From NCBI RefSeq assembly GCF_030013595.1, contig NZ_CP122768.1: a DNA stretch of 64,000 nucleotides, one strand, 5' to 3'. Origin of the DNA: Escherichia coli (GTDB lineage: Bacteria; Pseudomonadota; Gammaproteobacteria; Enterobacterales; Enterobacteriaceae). The translations under genes were made by a program, and so were the position numbers. Below, one piece after another: positions 1 through 11,272 of this stretch. Below the pieces are notes generated by a model. The model was not told the DNA's origin, made no database searches, and saw nothing but the letters and a program-made list of their open reading frames with translations. How positions within the stretch are numbered: position 1 is the first letter of the stretch; each line of letters begins with the position of its first letter.

Positions 1-549
1 TGGCAGGGGCGACAGTATCAGCCGTATCCCATTCAGGGGAGTGGTTTTGAACTGAATGGCAAAGGCACCAGTACGCGCCCCACGCTGACGGTTTCTAACC
101 TGTACGGTATGGTCACCGGGATGGCGGAAGATCTGCAGAGTCTGGTCGGCGGAACGGTGGTCCGGCGTAAGGTTTACGCCCGTTTTCTGGATGCGGTGAA
201 CTTCGTCAACGGAAACAGTGACGCCGATCCGGAGCAGGAGGTGATCAGCCGCTGGCGCATCGAGCAGTGCAGCGAACTGAGCGTGGTGAGTGCCTCCTTT
301 GTACTGTCCACGCCGACGGAAACGGATGGCGCTGTTTTTCCGGGACGTATCATGCTGGCCAACACCTGCACCTGGACCTATCGCGGTGACGAGTGCGGTT
401 ATAGCGGTCCGGCTGTCGCGGATGAATATGACCAGCCAACGTCCGATATCACGAAGGATAAATGCAGCAAATGCCTGAGCGGTTGTAAGTTCCGCAATAA
501 CGTCGGCAACTTTGGCGGCTTCCTTTCCATTAACAAACTTTCGCAGTAA
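1..549 (+). CDS. Phage minor tail protein L (5' end outside window)
   Basis: Frame open from nt 1; translation ...GSGFELNGKGTSTRPTLTVSNLYGMVTGMAEDLQSLVGG... resembles lambda gpL; precedes K-I-J. Confidence 0.8.
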   Translation, partial: WQGRQYQPYPIQGSGFELNGKGTSTRPTLTVSNLYGMVTGMAEDLQSLVGGTVVRRKVYARFLDAVNFVNGNSDADPEQEVISRWRIEQCSELSVVSASFVLSTPTETDGAVFPGRIMLANTCTWTYRGDECGYSGPAVADEYDQPTSDITKDKCSKCLSGCKFRNNVGNFGGFLSINKLSQ

Positions 550-554
550 ATCCC

Positions 555-1298
555 ATGACACAGACAGAATCAGCGATTCTGGCGCACGCCCGGCGATGTG
601 CGCCAGCGGAGTCGTGCGGCTTCGTGGTGAGAGCGCCGGAGGGGGAACGATATTTTCCCTGCGTGAATATTTCCGGTGAGCCGGAGGATTATTTCCGGAT
701 GGCTCCGGAGGACTGGCTGCAGGCAGAGATGCAGGGTGAGATTATGGCACTGGTCCACAGTCATCCCGGTGGTCTGCCCTGGCTGAGTGAGGCTGACCGG
801 CGGCTGCAGGTGCAGAGTGATTTGCCGTGGTGGCTGGTCTGCCGGGGGGCGATTCATAAGTTCCGCTGTGTGCCGCATCTCACCGGGCGGCGCTTTGAGC
901 ACGGGGTGACGGACTGTTATACGCTGTTCCGCGATGCCTATCATCTTGCAGGTATCGATTTGCCGGATTTTTACCGACATGATGACTGGTGGAAATCAGG
1001 TCAGAATCTCTATCTGGATAATCTGGAGGCCACAGGGCTGTATCAGGTGCCGTTGTCAGCGGCGCAGCCGGGCGATGTGCTGCTGTGCTGTTTTGGTTCA
1101 TCGGTGCCGAATCATGCCGCCATTTACTGTGGTGACGGCAAGCTGCTGCACCATATTCCTGAACAACTGAGCAAACGAGAGAGGTATACCGACAAATGGC
1201 AGCGACGCACACACTCCCTCTGGCGTCACCAGGCATGGCACGCATCTGCCTTTACGGGGATTTACAACGATTTGTCCGCCGCATCGATCTGCGTGTGA
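555..1298 (+). CDS. Phage tail assembly protein K (NlpC/P60 plus JAB/MPN type)
   Basis: 247-aa ORF with HSHP metalloprotease-like and Cys/His motifs typical of gpK; 3' end overlaps gene I, and the true stop may define a shorter product. Confidence 0.8.
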   Translation: MTQTESAILAHARRCAPAESCGFVVRAPEGERYFPCVNISGEPEDYFRMAPEDWLQAEMQGEIMALVHSHPGGLPWLSEADRRLQVQSDLPWWLVCRGAIHKFRCVPHLTGRRFEHGVTDCYTLFRDAYHLAGIDLPDFYRHDDWWKSGQNLYLDNLEATGLYQVPLSAAQPGDVLLCCFGSSVPNHAAIYCGDGKLLHHIPEQLSKRERYTDKWQRRTHSLWRHQAWHASAFTGIYNDLSAASICV

Positions 1299-1837
1299 AA
1301 ACGGGGGCCGAAGCTATCCGGGCGCTGGCCATGCAGATCCCGGCGTTTCGTCAGAAGCTGAGCGACGGCTGGTATCAGGTACGCATTGCCGGGCGTGATA
1401 CAGGTGAAACGGAATTATCAGCCCGTCTTAATGAACCGCTGGCAAATGGTGCTGTGATCCATATCGTGCCGCGTCTGGCAGGAGCCAAAAGTGGCGGTGT
1501 GTTTCAGGCTGTGCTGGGGGCGGCTGTTATGGCGGTTGCTATATGGATGCCGGGGGTAGGAATTATGGCGAGTAATCTGCTGTTTTCTCTCGGTGCCAGT
1601 ATGACGCTTGGCGGTGTTGCACAGATGCTGGCCCCTAAACCCAAAACCCCCCGCACACAGACAACGGATAACGGCAAACAGAATACGTATTTCTCCTCAC
1701 TGGATAACATGGTTGCCCAGGGCAATGTTCTGCCCGTTCTGTACGGTGAAATGCGCGTGGGGTCGCGGGTGGTTTCTCAGGAGATCAGCACGGCAGACGA
1801 AGGGGATGGTGGTCAGGTTGTGGTGATTGGTCGCTGA
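1196..1837 (+). CDS. Phage tail assembly protein I
   Basis: 213 aa starting MAATHTLPLASPGMARICLYGDLQRF, ending ...GEMRVGSRVVSQEISTADEGDGGQVVVIGR, as in lambda gpI. Confidence 0.85.
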   Translation: MAATHTLPLASPGMARICLYGDLQRFVRRIDLRVKTGAEAIRALAMQIPAFRQKLSDGWYQVRIAGRDTGETELSARLNEPLANGAVIHIVPRLAGAKSGGVFQAVLGAAVMAVAIWMPGVGIMASNLLFSLGASMTLGGVAQMLAPKPKTPRTQTTDNGKQNTYFSSLDNMVAQGNVLPVLYGEMRVGSRVVSQEISTADEGDGGQVVVIGR

Positions 1838-1897
1838 TACAACATGTTTTATGTGAAACCGCCTGCGGGCGGTTTTATCGTTTATGGAGCATGACGA

Positions 1898-4800
1898 ATG
1901 GGTAAAGGCAGCAGTAAGGGGCATACCCCGCGCGAAGCGAAGGACAACCTGAAATCCACGCAGCTGCTGAGTGTGATTGATGCCATCAGCGAAGGGCCGG
2001 TTGAAGGTCCGGTGGATGGATTAAAAAGCGTGCTGCTGAACAGTACGCCAGTGCTGGACAGTGAGGGGAATACCAACATCTCCGGCGTCACGGTGGTGTT
2101 CCGGGCCGGTGAGCAGGAGCAGACACCGCCGGAGGGATTTGAATCCTCCGGCTCCGAGACGGTGCTGGGTACGGAAGTGAAATACGACACGCCGATCACC
2201 CGGACCATCACGTCGGCAAACATTGACCGACTGCGTTTTACCTTCGGCGTGCAGGCACTGGTGGAAACCACCTCAAAGGGGGACAGGAATCCGTCGGAAG
2301 TCCGCCTGCTGGTTCAGATACAGCGTAACGGTGGCTGGGTGACGGAAAAAGACATCACCATTAAGGGCAAAACCACCTCGCAGTATCTGGCCTCGGTGGT
2401 GGTGGGTAACCTGCCGCCGCGCCCGTTCACTATACGGATGCGCAGGATGACGCCGGACAGCACCACAGACCAGCTGCAGAACAAAACGCTCTGGTCGTCA
2501 TACACCGAAATCATCGATGTGAAACAGTGCTACCCGAACACGGCACTGGTCGGCGTGCAGGTGGACTCGGAGCAGTTCGGCAGCCAGCAGGTGAGCCGTA
2601 ATTATCATCTGCGCGGGCGTATTCTGCAGGTGCCGTCGAACTATAACCCGCAGACGCGGCAATACAGCGGTATCTGGGACGGAACGTTTAAGCCAGCATA
2701 CAGCAACAACATGGCCTGGTGTCTGTGGGATATGCTGACCCATCCACGCTACGGCATGGGGAAACGTCTTGGTGCGGCGGATGTGGACAAATGGGCGCTG
2801 TATGTCATCGGCCAGTACTGCGACCAGTCGGTGCCGGACGGCTTTGGCGGCACGGAGCCGCGCATCGCCTGTAATGCGTACCTGACCACACAGCGCAAGG
2901 CCTGGGATGTGCTCAGTGATTTCTGCTCGGCGATGCGCTGTATGCCGGTATGGAACGGGCAGACGCTGACGTTCGTGCAGGACCGACCGTCGGATAAGGT
3001 GTGGACCTATAACCGCAGTAATGTGGTGATGCCGGATGATGGCGCACCATTCCGCTACAGCTTCAGCGCCCTGAAAGACCGCCATAATGCCGTTGAGGTG
3101 AACTGGATTGACCCGGATAACGGCCAGGAGACGGCGACAGAGCTTGTGGAGGACTCGCAGGCCATTGCCCGTTACGGTCGTAACGTCACGAAGATGGATG
3201 CGTTTGGCTGTACCAGCCGGGGGCAGGCGCACCGCGCCGGGCTGTGGCTGATTAAAACAGAACTGCTGGAAACGCAGACCGTGGACTTCAGCGTGGGTGC
3301 CGAAGGGCTTCGCCATGTACCGGGCGATGTCATTGAAATCTGCGATGATGACTATGCCGGTATCAGCACCGGCGGGCGCGTGCTGGCGGTGAACAGCCAG
3401 ACCCGGACGCTGACGCTCGACCGTGAAATCACGCTGCCATCCTCCGGCACCACGCTGATAAGCCTGGTTGACGGAAGTGGCAATCCGGTCAGCGTGGAGG
3501 TCCAGTCCGTCACCGACGGCGTGAAGGTGAAAGTGAGCCGGGTTCCTGACGGCGTTGCCGAGTACAGCGTGTGGGGGCTGAAGCTGCCGACGCTGCGCCA
3601 GCGCCTGTTCCGCTGTGTGAGTATCCGTGAGAACGACGACGGTACGTATGCCATCACTGCAGTGCAGCATGTACCGGAGAAAGAAGCCATCGTGGATAAC
3701 GGGGCGCACTTTGACGGTAACCAGAGCGGCACGGTGAATGGTGTCACGCCGCCAGCAGTGCAGCATCTGACCGCAGAAGTCACCGCAGACAGCGGGGAAT
3801 ATCGGGTGCTGGCCCGCTGGGACACGCCGAAGGTGGTGAAGGGCGTGAGCTTCCTGCTTCGCCTGACCGTGGCAGCGGATGACGGCAGTGAGCGGCTGGT
3901 CAGCACGGCCCGGACGACGGAAACCACTTACCGCTTCACACAACTGGCTCTGGGGAACTACAGGCTGACAGTCCGGGCAGTAAATGCGTGGGGGCAGCAG
4001 GGCGATCCGGCGTCGGTATCGTTCCGGATTGCCGCACCGGCAGCGCCGTCGCGGATTGAGCTGACGCCGGGCTATTTTCAGATAACCGCCACGCCGCATC
4101 TTGCGGTTTATGATCCGACGGTACAGTTTGAGTTCTGGTTCTCGGAAAAGCGGATTGCGGATATCAGGCAGGTTGAAACCACAGCACGCTATCTTGGCAC
4201 GGCGCTGTACTGGATAGCCGCCAGTATCAATATCAAACCGGGCCATAATTATTATTTTTACGTTCGCAGTGTGAACACCGTTGGCAAATCGGCATTCGTG
4301 GAGGCTGTTGGTCAGCCGAGTGATGACGCATCCGGCTATCTGGATTTTTTCAAAGGCGAGATAGGGAAAACCCATCTGGCTCAGGAGCTGTGGACGCAGA
4401 TTGATAACGGTCAGCTTGCGCCTGACCTGGCTGAAATCAGGACGTCCATTACGGATGTCAGCAATGAAATCACACAGACCGTCAATAAGAAACTGGAAGA
4501 CCAGAGTGCAGCAATTCAGCAGATACAGCAGGTTCAGGTTGATACAAGTAATAACCTGAACAGCATGTGGGCTGTGAAGTTGCAGCAGATGCAGGACGGA
4601 CGCCTTTATATTGCGGGTATCGGTGCCGGTATTGAGAACACCCCCGACGGCATGCAGAGTCAGGTGCTGCTGGCGGCAGACAGGATTGCGATGATTAATC
4701 CTGCAAATGGCAACACAAAACCGATGTTTGTTGGTCAGGGTGATCAGATATTCATGAATGAAGTGTTCCTGAAATATCTGACGGCTCCCACCATTACCAG

Positions 4801-5377
4801 CGGCGGTAATCCTCCTGCATTTTCCCTGACACCGGACGGAAAGCTGACCGCTAAAAATGCAGATATCAGTGGCAGTGTGAATGCGAACGCCGGGACGCTC
4901 AACAACGTTACGATAAATGAAAACTGTCAGATTAAAGGGAAACTGTCAGCCAACCAGATTGAAGGCGATATTGTCAAAACAGTGGGTAAGGCTTTCCCGC
5001 GGGACTCCCGGGCACCGGAGCGGTGGCCATCAGGGACCATTACCGTCAGGATTTATGACGATCAGCCGTTTGACCGGCAGATTGTTATTCCGGCGGTGGC
5101 ATTCAGCGGTGCTAAACATGAGAGAGAGCATACTGATATTTACTCCTCATGCCGCCTGATAGTGAAGAAAAATGGTGCTGAAATTTATAACCGTACCGCG
5201 CTGGATAATACGCTGATTTACAGTGGTGTTATTGATATGCCAGCTGGTCACGGCCACATGACGCTGGAGTTTTCGGTGTCAGCATGGCTGGTAAATGACT
5301 GGTATCCCACAGCAAGTATCAGCGATTTGCTGGTTGTGGTGATGAAGAAAGCCACCGCAGGCATCAGTATCAGCTGA
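1898..5377 (+). CDS. Phage tail tip / host specificity protein J
   Basis: 1159-aa ORF directly after I; size, position and fibronectin-III-like central region match lambda gpJ. Confidence 0.9.
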   Translation: MGKGSSKGHTPREAKDNLKSTQLLSVIDAISEGPVEGPVDGLKSVLLNSTPVLDSEGNTNISGVTVVFRAGEQEQTPPEGFESSGSETVLGTEVKYDTPITRTITSANIDRLRFTFGVQALVETTSKGDRNPSEVRLLVQIQRNGGWVTEKDITIKGKTTSQYLASVVVGNLPPRPFTIRMRRMTPDSTTDQLQNKTLWSSYTEIIDVKQCYPNTALVGVQVDSEQFGSQQVSRNYHLRGRILQVPSNYNPQTRQYSGIWDGTFKPAYSNNMAWCLWDMLTHPRYGMGKRLGAADVDKWALYVIGQYCDQSVPDGFGGTEPRIACNAYLTTQRKAWDVLSDFCSAMRCMPVWNGQTLTFVQDRPSDKVWTYNRSNVVMPDDGAPFRYSFSALKDRHNAVEVNWIDPDNGQETATELVEDSQAIARYGRNVTKMDAFGCTSRGQAHRAGLWLIKTELLETQTVDFSVGAEGLRHVPGDVIEICDDDYAGISTGGRVLAVNSQTRTLTLDREITLPSSGTTLISLVDGSGNPVSVEVQSVTDGVKVKVSRVPDGVAEYSVWGLKLPTLRQRLFRCVSIRENDDGTYAITAVQHVPEKEAIVDNGAHFDGNQSGTVNGVTPPAVQHLTAEVTADSGEYRVLARWDTPKVVKGVSFLLRLTVAADDGSERLVSTARTTETTYRFTQLALGNYRLTVRAVNAWGQQGDPASVSFRIAAPAAPSRIELTPGYFQITATPHLAVYDPTVQFEFWFSEKRIADIRQVETTARYLGTALYWIAASINIKPGHNYYFYVRSVNTVGKSAFVEAVGQPSDDASGYLDFFKGEIGKTHLAQELWTQIDNGQLAPDLAEIRTSITDVSNEITQTVNKKLEDQSAAIQQIQQVQVDTSNNLNSMWAVKLQQMQDGRLYIAGIGAGIENTPDGMQSQVLLAADRIAMINPANGNTKPMFVGQGDQIFMNEVFLKYLTAPTITSGGNPPAFSLTPDGKLTAKNADISGSVNANAGTLNNVTINENCQIKGKLSANQIEGDIVKTVGKAFPRDSRAPERWPSGTITVRIYDDQPFDRQIVIPAVAFSGAKHEREHTDIYSSCRLIVKKNGAEIYNRTALDNTLIYSGVIDMPAGHGHMTLEFSVSAWLVNDWYPTASISDLLVVVMKKATAGISIS

Positions 5378-5395
5378 ATTTTATAACCCATATAC

Positions 5396-5420
5396 GGGCG
5401 CCAGAAATGGCGCCTTTTTT
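5396..5420 (+). terminator. Rho-independent terminator after J
   Basis: GGCGCC-AGAAAT-GGCGCC hairpin followed by TTTTTT. Confidence 0.6.
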
Positions 5421-5444
5421 ATTGCAGAAAAGCGAGAGGTAATT

Positions 5445-6044
5445 ATGCGTAAAGTTTGTGCAGCCATTTTGTCCACAGCCATCTGTCTGGCCGTATCCGG
5501 TGCGCCTGCATGGGCGTCTGAGCAGCAGGCCACACTGAGCGCAGGGTATCTTCATGCCCGTACGAACGCTCCCGGCAGCGATAATCTGAACGGGATTAAC
5601 GTGAAATACCGTTATGAGTTTACGGACACGCTGGGGCTGATTACGTCATTCAGTTATGCCAACGCTGAAGATGAGCAAAAAACGCATTACAGCGATACCC
5701 GCTGGCATGAAGATTCCGTGCGTAACCGCTGGTTCAGCGTAATGGCGGGGCCGTCTGTGCGCGTGAATGAATGGTTCAGCGTGTATGCGATGGCGGGTGT
5801 GGCTTACAGCCGTGTGTCGACTTTCTTCGGGGATTATCTCCGCGTAACTGACAACAAGGGGAAAACGCACGATGTGCTGACCGGAAGTGATGACGGTCGC
5901 CACAGCAACACGTCTCTGGCGTGGGGGGCTGGCGTGCAGTTTAACCCGACCGAATCCGTGGCCATTGATATTGCTTATGAAGGCTCCGGCAGTGGTGACT
6001 GGCGCACTGACGGTTTCATCGTGGGTGTCGGTTATAAATTCTGA
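5445..6044 (+). CDS. lom: Lom outer-membrane protein (Ail/Lom/OmpX beta-barrel family), prophage moron
   Basis: 199 aa with signal peptide and C-terminal ...GVGYKF beta-barrel ending; sits between J and stf as in lambda. Confidence 0.9.
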   Translation: MRKVCAAILSTAICLAVSGAPAWASEQQATLSAGYLHARTNAPGSDNLNGINVKYRYEFTDTLGLITSFSYANAEDEQKTHYSDTRWHEDSVRNRWFSVMAGPSVRVNEWFSVYAMAGVAYSRVSTFFGDYLRVTDNKGKTHDVLTGSDDGRHSNTSLAWGAGVQFNPTESVAIDIAYEGSGSGDWRTDGFIVGVGYKF

Positions 6045-6070
6045 TTAGCCAGGTAACACAGTGTTATGAC

Positions 6071-6098
6071 AGCCCGTCGGTTCAGGCGGGCTTTTTTG
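6071..6098 (+). terminator. Rho-independent terminator after lom
   Basis: GC stem (gcccg/cgggc) followed by TTTTTT just before stf. Confidence 0.55.
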
Positions 6099-6108
6099 TG
6101 GGGTGAAT

Positions 6109-9100
6109 ATGGCAGTAAAGATTTCAGGTGTACTGAAAGACGGCACAGGAAAACCGGTACAGAACTGCACAATCCAGCTGAAAGCAAAACGTAACAGCAC
6201 CACGGTGGTGGTGAACACGCTGGCCTCAGAAAATCCGGATGAAGCCGGGCGTTACAGCATGGACGTTGAGTACGGTCAGTACAGCGTTATTCTGTTGGTG
6301 GAAGGATTCCCGCCGTCACATGCCGGGACCATCACCGTGTATGAAGACTCCCGACCCGGTACGCTGAATGATTTTCTCGGTGCCATGACGGAGGATGATG
6401 CCCGGCCAGAGGCACTGCGCCGTTTTGAGCTGATGGTGGAAGAGGTGGCGCGTAACGCGTCCGCGGTGGCACAGAACACGGCAGCCGCGAAGAAGTCAGC
6501 CGGCGATGCCGGCACATCAGCCCGTGAGGCGGCAACCCATGCGACTGATGCTGCAGGCTCAGCACGCGCAGCCAGCACGTCAGCCGGACAGGCCGCGTCG
6601 TCGGCTCAGTCAGCGTCTTCCAGCGCAGGAACGGCATCAACAAAGGCCAGTGAAGCATCGAAAAGTGCTGCTGCTGCAGAGTCCTCAAAAAGCGCGGCAG
6701 CTACCAGTGCCAGTGCCGCGAAAACGTCAGAAACGAATGCCGCAGCGTCACAACAATCAGCAGCCACTTCTGCATCCACCGCGACCACGAAAGCGTCAGA
6801 AGCTGCCACCTCAGCCCGGGATGCGGCGGCCTCAAAAGAGGCAGCGAAATCATCAGAAACGAACGCATCCTCGAGCGCCAGTAGCGCAACTTCCTCGGCA
6901 ACGGCGGCAGGAAATTCCGCGAAGGCGGCAAAAACGTCCGAGACGAACGCTAAGTCTTCTGAGACGGCAGCGGGACAGAGCGCCTCAGCTGCGGCAGGCT
7001 CAAAAACAGCGGCTGCATCATCTGCCAGCGCCGCGTCAACAAGTGCCGGGCAGGCCTCAGCCAGTGCCACCGCCGCCGGAAAATCGGCAGAAAGCGCCGC
7101 ATCATCCGCTTCAACAGCCACAACGAAGGCTGGCGAAGCCACTGAACAGGCCAGCGCAGCAGCGAGTTCTGCTTCCGCAGCGAAGACATCCGAAACGAAC
7201 GCGAAAGCGTCGGAAACCAGCGCAGAATCCTCAAAAACGGCTGCCGCATCGTCAGCCAGTTCGGCGGCGTCATCGGCATCATCGGCGTCTGCTTCAAAAG
7301 ATGAGGCGACCAGACAGGCGTCAGCAGCGAAGGGCAGCGCCACGACAGCATCCACGAAGGCGACAGAGGCAGCTGGTAGTGCGACAGCGGCAGCTCAGAG
7401 CAAAAGTACGTCGGAATCTGCAGCAACGCGTGCCGAGACAGCAGCAAAACGGGCAGAGGATATTGCATCTGCCGTGGCGCTTGAGGATGCGAGCACGACG
7501 AAAAAGGGGATAGTACAGCTCAGCAGTGCGACCAACAGTACGTCTGAAACGCTGGCGGCAACGCCAAAGGCAGTAAAATCAGCCTATGACAATGCAGAGA
7601 AACGTCTGCAGAAAGACCAGAACGGCGCTGATATACCCGATAAGGGACGCTTCCTGAACAACATTAACGCGGTCAGTAAAACAGACTTTGCTGATAAGCG
7701 TGGTATGCGTTATGTGCGGGTTAACGCTCCTGCAGGTGCAACATCTGGAAAATATTACCCTGTTGTTGTTATGCGTTCTGCTGGCTCAGTAAGCGAACTG
7801 GCATCAAGGGTCATTATCACCACGGCAACGCGAACCGCAGGCGATCCGATGAATAACTGCGAGTTTAACGGATTTGTTATGCCTGGTGGCTGGACTGACA
7901 GGGGGCGTTATGCTTATGGAATGTTCTGGCAATATCAAAACAATGAACGAGCCATCCACTCAATAATGATGAGTAATAAGGGCGATGATTTGCGCTCTGT
8001 GTTCTATGTTGATGGCGCTGCTTTCCCTGTTTTTGCGTTTATCGAAGATGGCCTGTCAATATCCGCACCTGGTGCTGATCTCGTTGTTAATGATACGACC
8101 TATAAGTTTGGGGCAACAAATCCAGCGACTGAATGTATCGCGGCGGACGTTATCCTTGATTTTAAGAGTGGGCGTGGTTTTTATGAGTCTCATTCGTTAA
8201 TCGTTAACGATAATTTGTCGTGCAAAAAACTTTTTGCCACAGACGAAATTGTAGCGCGTGGTGGTAATCAGATTCGAATGATAGGTGGGGAGTATGGTGC
8301 ATTATGGCGTAATGATGGCGCTAAAACTTACCTGCTGCTTACCAATCAAGGTGATGTTTATGGTGGCTGGAATACATTAAGACCGTTTGCTATTGATAAC
8401 GCAACCGGCGAACTGGTTATTGGAACCAAACTGTCCGCAAGTCTGAACGGTAATGCATTAACAGCAACAAAGCTGCAAACGCCAAGACGGGTTTCTGGTG
8501 TTGAGTTTGATGGTTCCAGAGATATTACTTTAACCGCCGCGCATGTGGCTGCTTTTGCCAGAAGGGCAACGGATACATATGCCGATGCGGATGGTGGCGT
8601 TCCCTGGAATGCCGAATCAGGTGCTTACAATGTCACCCGCTCTGGCGACAGCTATATTCTGGTTAACTTCTATACCGGAGTCGGAAGTTGCCGGACCCTG
8701 CAGATGAAGGCGCATTACAGAAATGGTGGTCTGTTCTACCGTTCTTCAAGAGACGGTTATGGTTTTGAGGAAGACTGGGCAGAAGTTTATACCTCGAAAA
8801 ATCTTCCACCAGAAAGCTACCCAGTCGGCGCACCAATCCCGTGGCCATCAGATACCGTTCCGTCTGGTTATGCCCTGATGCAGGGGCAGACTTTTGACAA
8901 ATCTGCTTACCCGAAACTTGCAGCCGCTTATCCGTCAGGCGTGATCCCTGATATGCGTGGCTGGACGATTAAGGGCAAACCTGCCAGTGGTCGGGCCGTA
9001 TTGTCTCAGGAACAGGACGGCATTAAATCGCATACCCACAGCGCCAGCGCATCCAGTACGGATTTGGGGACGAAAACCACATCGTCGTTTGATTACGGCA

Positions 9101-9459
9101 CTAAATCCACGAATAACACCGGGGCGCATACCCATAGTGTTAGCGGTACGGCTGCTTCAGCCGGTGCACATACCCATTCGATGACATTTGTTTCAGGTGG
9201 TTCCAGTGGTGCTCCGGGAAGTGGAGCATCTGATTATTCTAAATACAGTGTTAACACTTCTTCTGCAGGCGCTCATACGCACTCTGTATCGGGTACTGCT
9301 GCAAGCGCAGGTGCACACGCACATACTGTGGGTATTGGTGCTCATACGCACTCCGTTGCGATTGGTTCACATGGACACACCATCACCGTTAACGCTGCTG
9401 GTAACGCGGAAAACACCGTCAAAAACATCGCATTTAACTATATTGTGAGGCTTGCATAA
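6109..9459 (+). CDS. stf: Side tail fibre protein Stf (long form)
   Basis: ORF track starts at a GTG (6103); likely ATG at 6109 giving [17 protein letters not shown]... Contains a long Ala/Ser/Thr-rich repeat region and a C-terminal His-rich GAHTHS repeat block. Confidence 0.9.
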   Translation: MAVKISGVLKDGTGKPVQNCTIQLKAKRNSTTVVVNTLASENPDEAGRYSMDVEYGQYSVILLVEGFPPSHAGTITVYEDSRPGTLNDFLGAMTEDDARPEALRRFELMVEEVARNASAVAQNTAAAKKSAGDAGTSAREAATHATDAAGSARAASTSAGQAASSAQSASSSAGTASTKASEASKSAAAAESSKSAAATSASAAKTSETNAAASQQSAATSASTATTKASEAATSARDAAASKEAAKSSETNASSSASSATSSATAAGNSAKAAKTSETNAKSSETAAGQSASAAAGSKTAAASSASAASTSAGQASASATAAGKSAESAASSASTATTKAGEATEQASAAASSASAAKTSETNAKASETSAESSKTAAASSASSAASSASSASASKDEATRQASAAKGSATTASTKATEAAGSATAAAQSKSTSESAATRAETAAKRAEDIASAVALEDASTTKKGIVQLSSATNSTSETLAATPKAVKSAYDNAEKRLQKDQNGADIPDKGRFLNNINAVSKTDFADKRGMRYVRVNAPAGATSGKYYPVVVMRSAGSVSELASRVIITTATRTAGDPMNNCEFNGFVMPGGWTDRGRYAYGMFWQYQNNERAIHSIMMSNKGDDLRSVFYVDGAAFPVFAFIEDGLSISAPGADLVVNDTTYKFGATNPATECIAADVILDFKSGRGFYESHSLIVNDNLSCKKLFATDEIVARGGNQIRMIGGEYGALWRNDGAKTYLLLTNQGDVYGGWNTLRPFAIDNATGELVIGTKLSASLNGNALTATKLQTPRRVSGVEFDGSRDITLTAAHVAAFARRATDTYADADGGVPWNAESGAYNVTRSGDSYILVNFYTGVGSCRTLQMKAHYRNGGLFYRSSRDGYGFEEDWAEVYTSKNLPPESYPVGAPIPWPSDTVPSGYALMQGQTFDKSAYPKLAAAYPSGVIPDMRGWTIKGKPASGRAVLSQEQDGIKSHTHSASASSTDLGTKTTSSFDYGTKSTNNTGAHTHSVSGTAASAGAHTHSMTFVSGGSSGAPGSGASDYSKYSVNTSSAGAHTHSVSGTAASAGAHAHTVGIGAHTHSVAIGSHGHTITVNAAGNAENTVKNIAFNYIVRLA

Positions 9460-10034
9460 TGGCATTCAGAATGAGTGAACAACCACGGACCATAAAAATT
9501 TATAATCTGCTGGCCGGAACTAATGAATTTATTGGTGAAGGTGATGCATATATTCCGCCTCATACAGGTCTGCCAGCAAACAGTACCGATATTGCACCGC
9601 CAGATATTCCGGCTGGCTTCGTGGCTGTTTTCAACAGTGATGAGTCATCGTGGCATCTCGTTGAAGATCATCGGGGTAAAATGGTTTATGACGTGGCTTC
9701 CGGCGACGCGTTATTTATTTCTGAACTCGGTCCGTTACCGGAAAATGTTACCTGGTTATCGCCGGAAGGGGAGTTTCAGAAGTGGAACGGTACAGTCTGG
9801 GTGAAGGATACGGAAGCAGAAAAACTGTTCCGGATCCGGGAGGCGGAAGAAACAAAAAACAGCCTGATGCAGGTAGCCAGTGAGCATATAGCGCCACTTC
9901 AGGATGCTGTAGATCTGGAAATCGCAACGGAGGAAGAAACCTCATTGCTGGAAGCCTGGAAAAAGTATCGGGTGTTGCTGAACCGTGTTGATACATCAAC
10001 TGCACAGGATATTGAATGGCCAGCACTGCCGTAG
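9459..10034 (+). CDS. tfa: Tail fibre assembly protein Tfa
   Basis: 191 aa, start overlaps stf stop (TAATG); Tfa-family chaperone immediately after stf. Confidence 0.9.
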   Translation: MAFRMSEQPRTIKIYNLLAGTNEFIGEGDAYIPPHTGLPANSTDIAPPDIPAGFVAVFNSDESSWHLVEDHRGKMVYDVASGDALFISELGPLPENVTWLSPEGEFQKWNGTVWVKDTEAEKLFRIREAEETKNSLMQVASEHIAPLQDAVDLEIATEEETSLLEAWKKYRVLLNRVDTSTAQDIEWPALP

Positions 10035-10131
10035 GGTAAAACATATAAATTCTATAATTAGATGTATCTTTCCATTTACGGCAAGGAAGGGGGCTTGGAA
10101 GACGTAAAGCATCTCACACCGAGATTATTTT

Positions 10132-10722
10132 TTATATGTCAGGTGTCTGAAGTTTTGCTTTGGCTCTTAAAATGGTTTGCCGCGAGGTTTTGAATTCCCG
10201 GGCAATGGCACTTATACTTACACCTGACTTAATTCGTTCGAATACCACCTGTTTCTGTTCTTCATTTAACACAGGTGGTCGACCAAAACGTTTCCCTGCG
10301 CCGCGGGCTCTTACTATCCCGGAATGAGTGCGTTCAAGTAAAAGGTCTCGTTCAAATTCAGCGACTGCTGAAATTACGTGCATCATCATTTTTCCTGTTG
10401 GACTGGTCAGGTCAATGCCCCCCAATGCTAAGCAATGCACTCTGATACCTGTTTCGGTCAGTTGTTCCACTGTTTTCCTGATATCCATTGCATTACAACC
10501 AAGGCGATCCAGTTTTGTCACAATCAATTGATCACCACATTTCAGGCGAGCAAGCAACCGGTTAAAACCAGGACGCTCACTGGTTGCTGCTGAGCCGCTA
10601 ATGTGTTCTTCGATTATTTGCTGAGGTTTGATTTTAAAACCTGCACTTTCGATTTCCCGGCGTTGATTTTCGGTGGTCTGATCCAGCGTTGATATCCGAC
10701 AGTAAGCAAAAATTCGAGACAT
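10132..10722 (-). CDS. pin: Pin-type serine DNA invertase (Hin/Gin/Cin family)
   Basis: 196 aa [15 protein letters not shown]... with resolvase catalytic Ser region and C-terminal HTH; convergent with tfa, as pinQ/pinR in K-12 prophages. Confidence 0.9.
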   Translation of the reverse strand: MSRIFAYCRISTLDQTTENQRREIESAGFKIKPQQIIEEHISGSAATSERPGFNRLLARLKCGDQLIVTKLDRLGCNAMDIRKTVEQLTETGIRVHCLALGGIDLTSPTGKMMMHVISAVAEFERDLLLERTHSGIVRARGAGKRFGRPPVLNEEQKQVVFERIKSGVSISAIAREFKTSRQTILRAKAKLQTPDI

Positions 10723-11038
10723 AGTGAGACTCTATACGAAATTGGTGTTCATATCATAATGCATCTCAGAAAATAATTTTGATTATTTTTGTGCATATTT
10801 GTATGTACACGTTCGAAAATAAACGAATGCGTATGCAACCCCGTAATTTTGGTGAGACCCAAAATCGATTTTGTGAAAAATGGCTTTAACTCGGTTTGTT
10901 TTTCGAGTTCCGGGCAGACTCAAGGAAGAAGAATAGTGTTGCGTGTTATTTTAACCAGATTTCAATTTGTTTGGTCGTGGAAAAGTGGAGCAAAATGTTG
11001 TTAAAGTGGAAAAATGATAAAAAAGTAAGTTTGTTATA

Positions 11039-11272
11039 TTACATTTTACCATTTAAATTTTGGTTGTCTTTAAGAACTGATATCGCTGTTTGTAATAATT
11101 CTTTGTTATCCAGCCATGATTTTTTCTTTATGTTTCCTTCAATGTAATCAAGCAATGTTCTGGTATTGATAGGTCTTCCCTGTTTTGCTACTTCCACTAC
11201 AGCATCCCCTAGGATAATTCTTACTTCAGGAAGCTGCGCAGGGAACCACTTTAGGGTGTCTTTTGATTTCAT
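11039..11272 (-). CDS. ydfK: Prophage cold-shock-induced protein YdfK/YnaE family
   Basis: ORF track gives 88 aa; product recalled as 77 aa starting MKSKDTLKWFPAQLPEVRIILGD, so the start is placed at 11272. Confidence 0.7.
   Translation of the reverse strand: MKSKDTLKWFPAQLPEVRIILGDAVVEVAKQGRPINTRTLLDYIEGNIKKKSWLDNKELLQTAISVLKDNQNLNGKM

Noticed and set aside
2498-4375. 625-aa minus-strand ORF antisense to the J tail-tip gene
   Set aside because: Lies entirely inside the well-supported J coding region on the opposite strand; Arg/Pro/Ala-rich composition typical of spurious ORFs in GC-rich coding DNA; no ribosome-binding site or homology recognised.
6506-7513. 335-aa Arg/Gln/Pro-rich plus-strand ORF and 249-aa Ala/Asp-rich minus-strand ORF (6606..7355) within stf
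   Set aside because: Alternate-frame and antisense readings of the repetitive Ala/Ser/Thr-rich segment of the tail-fibre gene; low-complexity artefacts.
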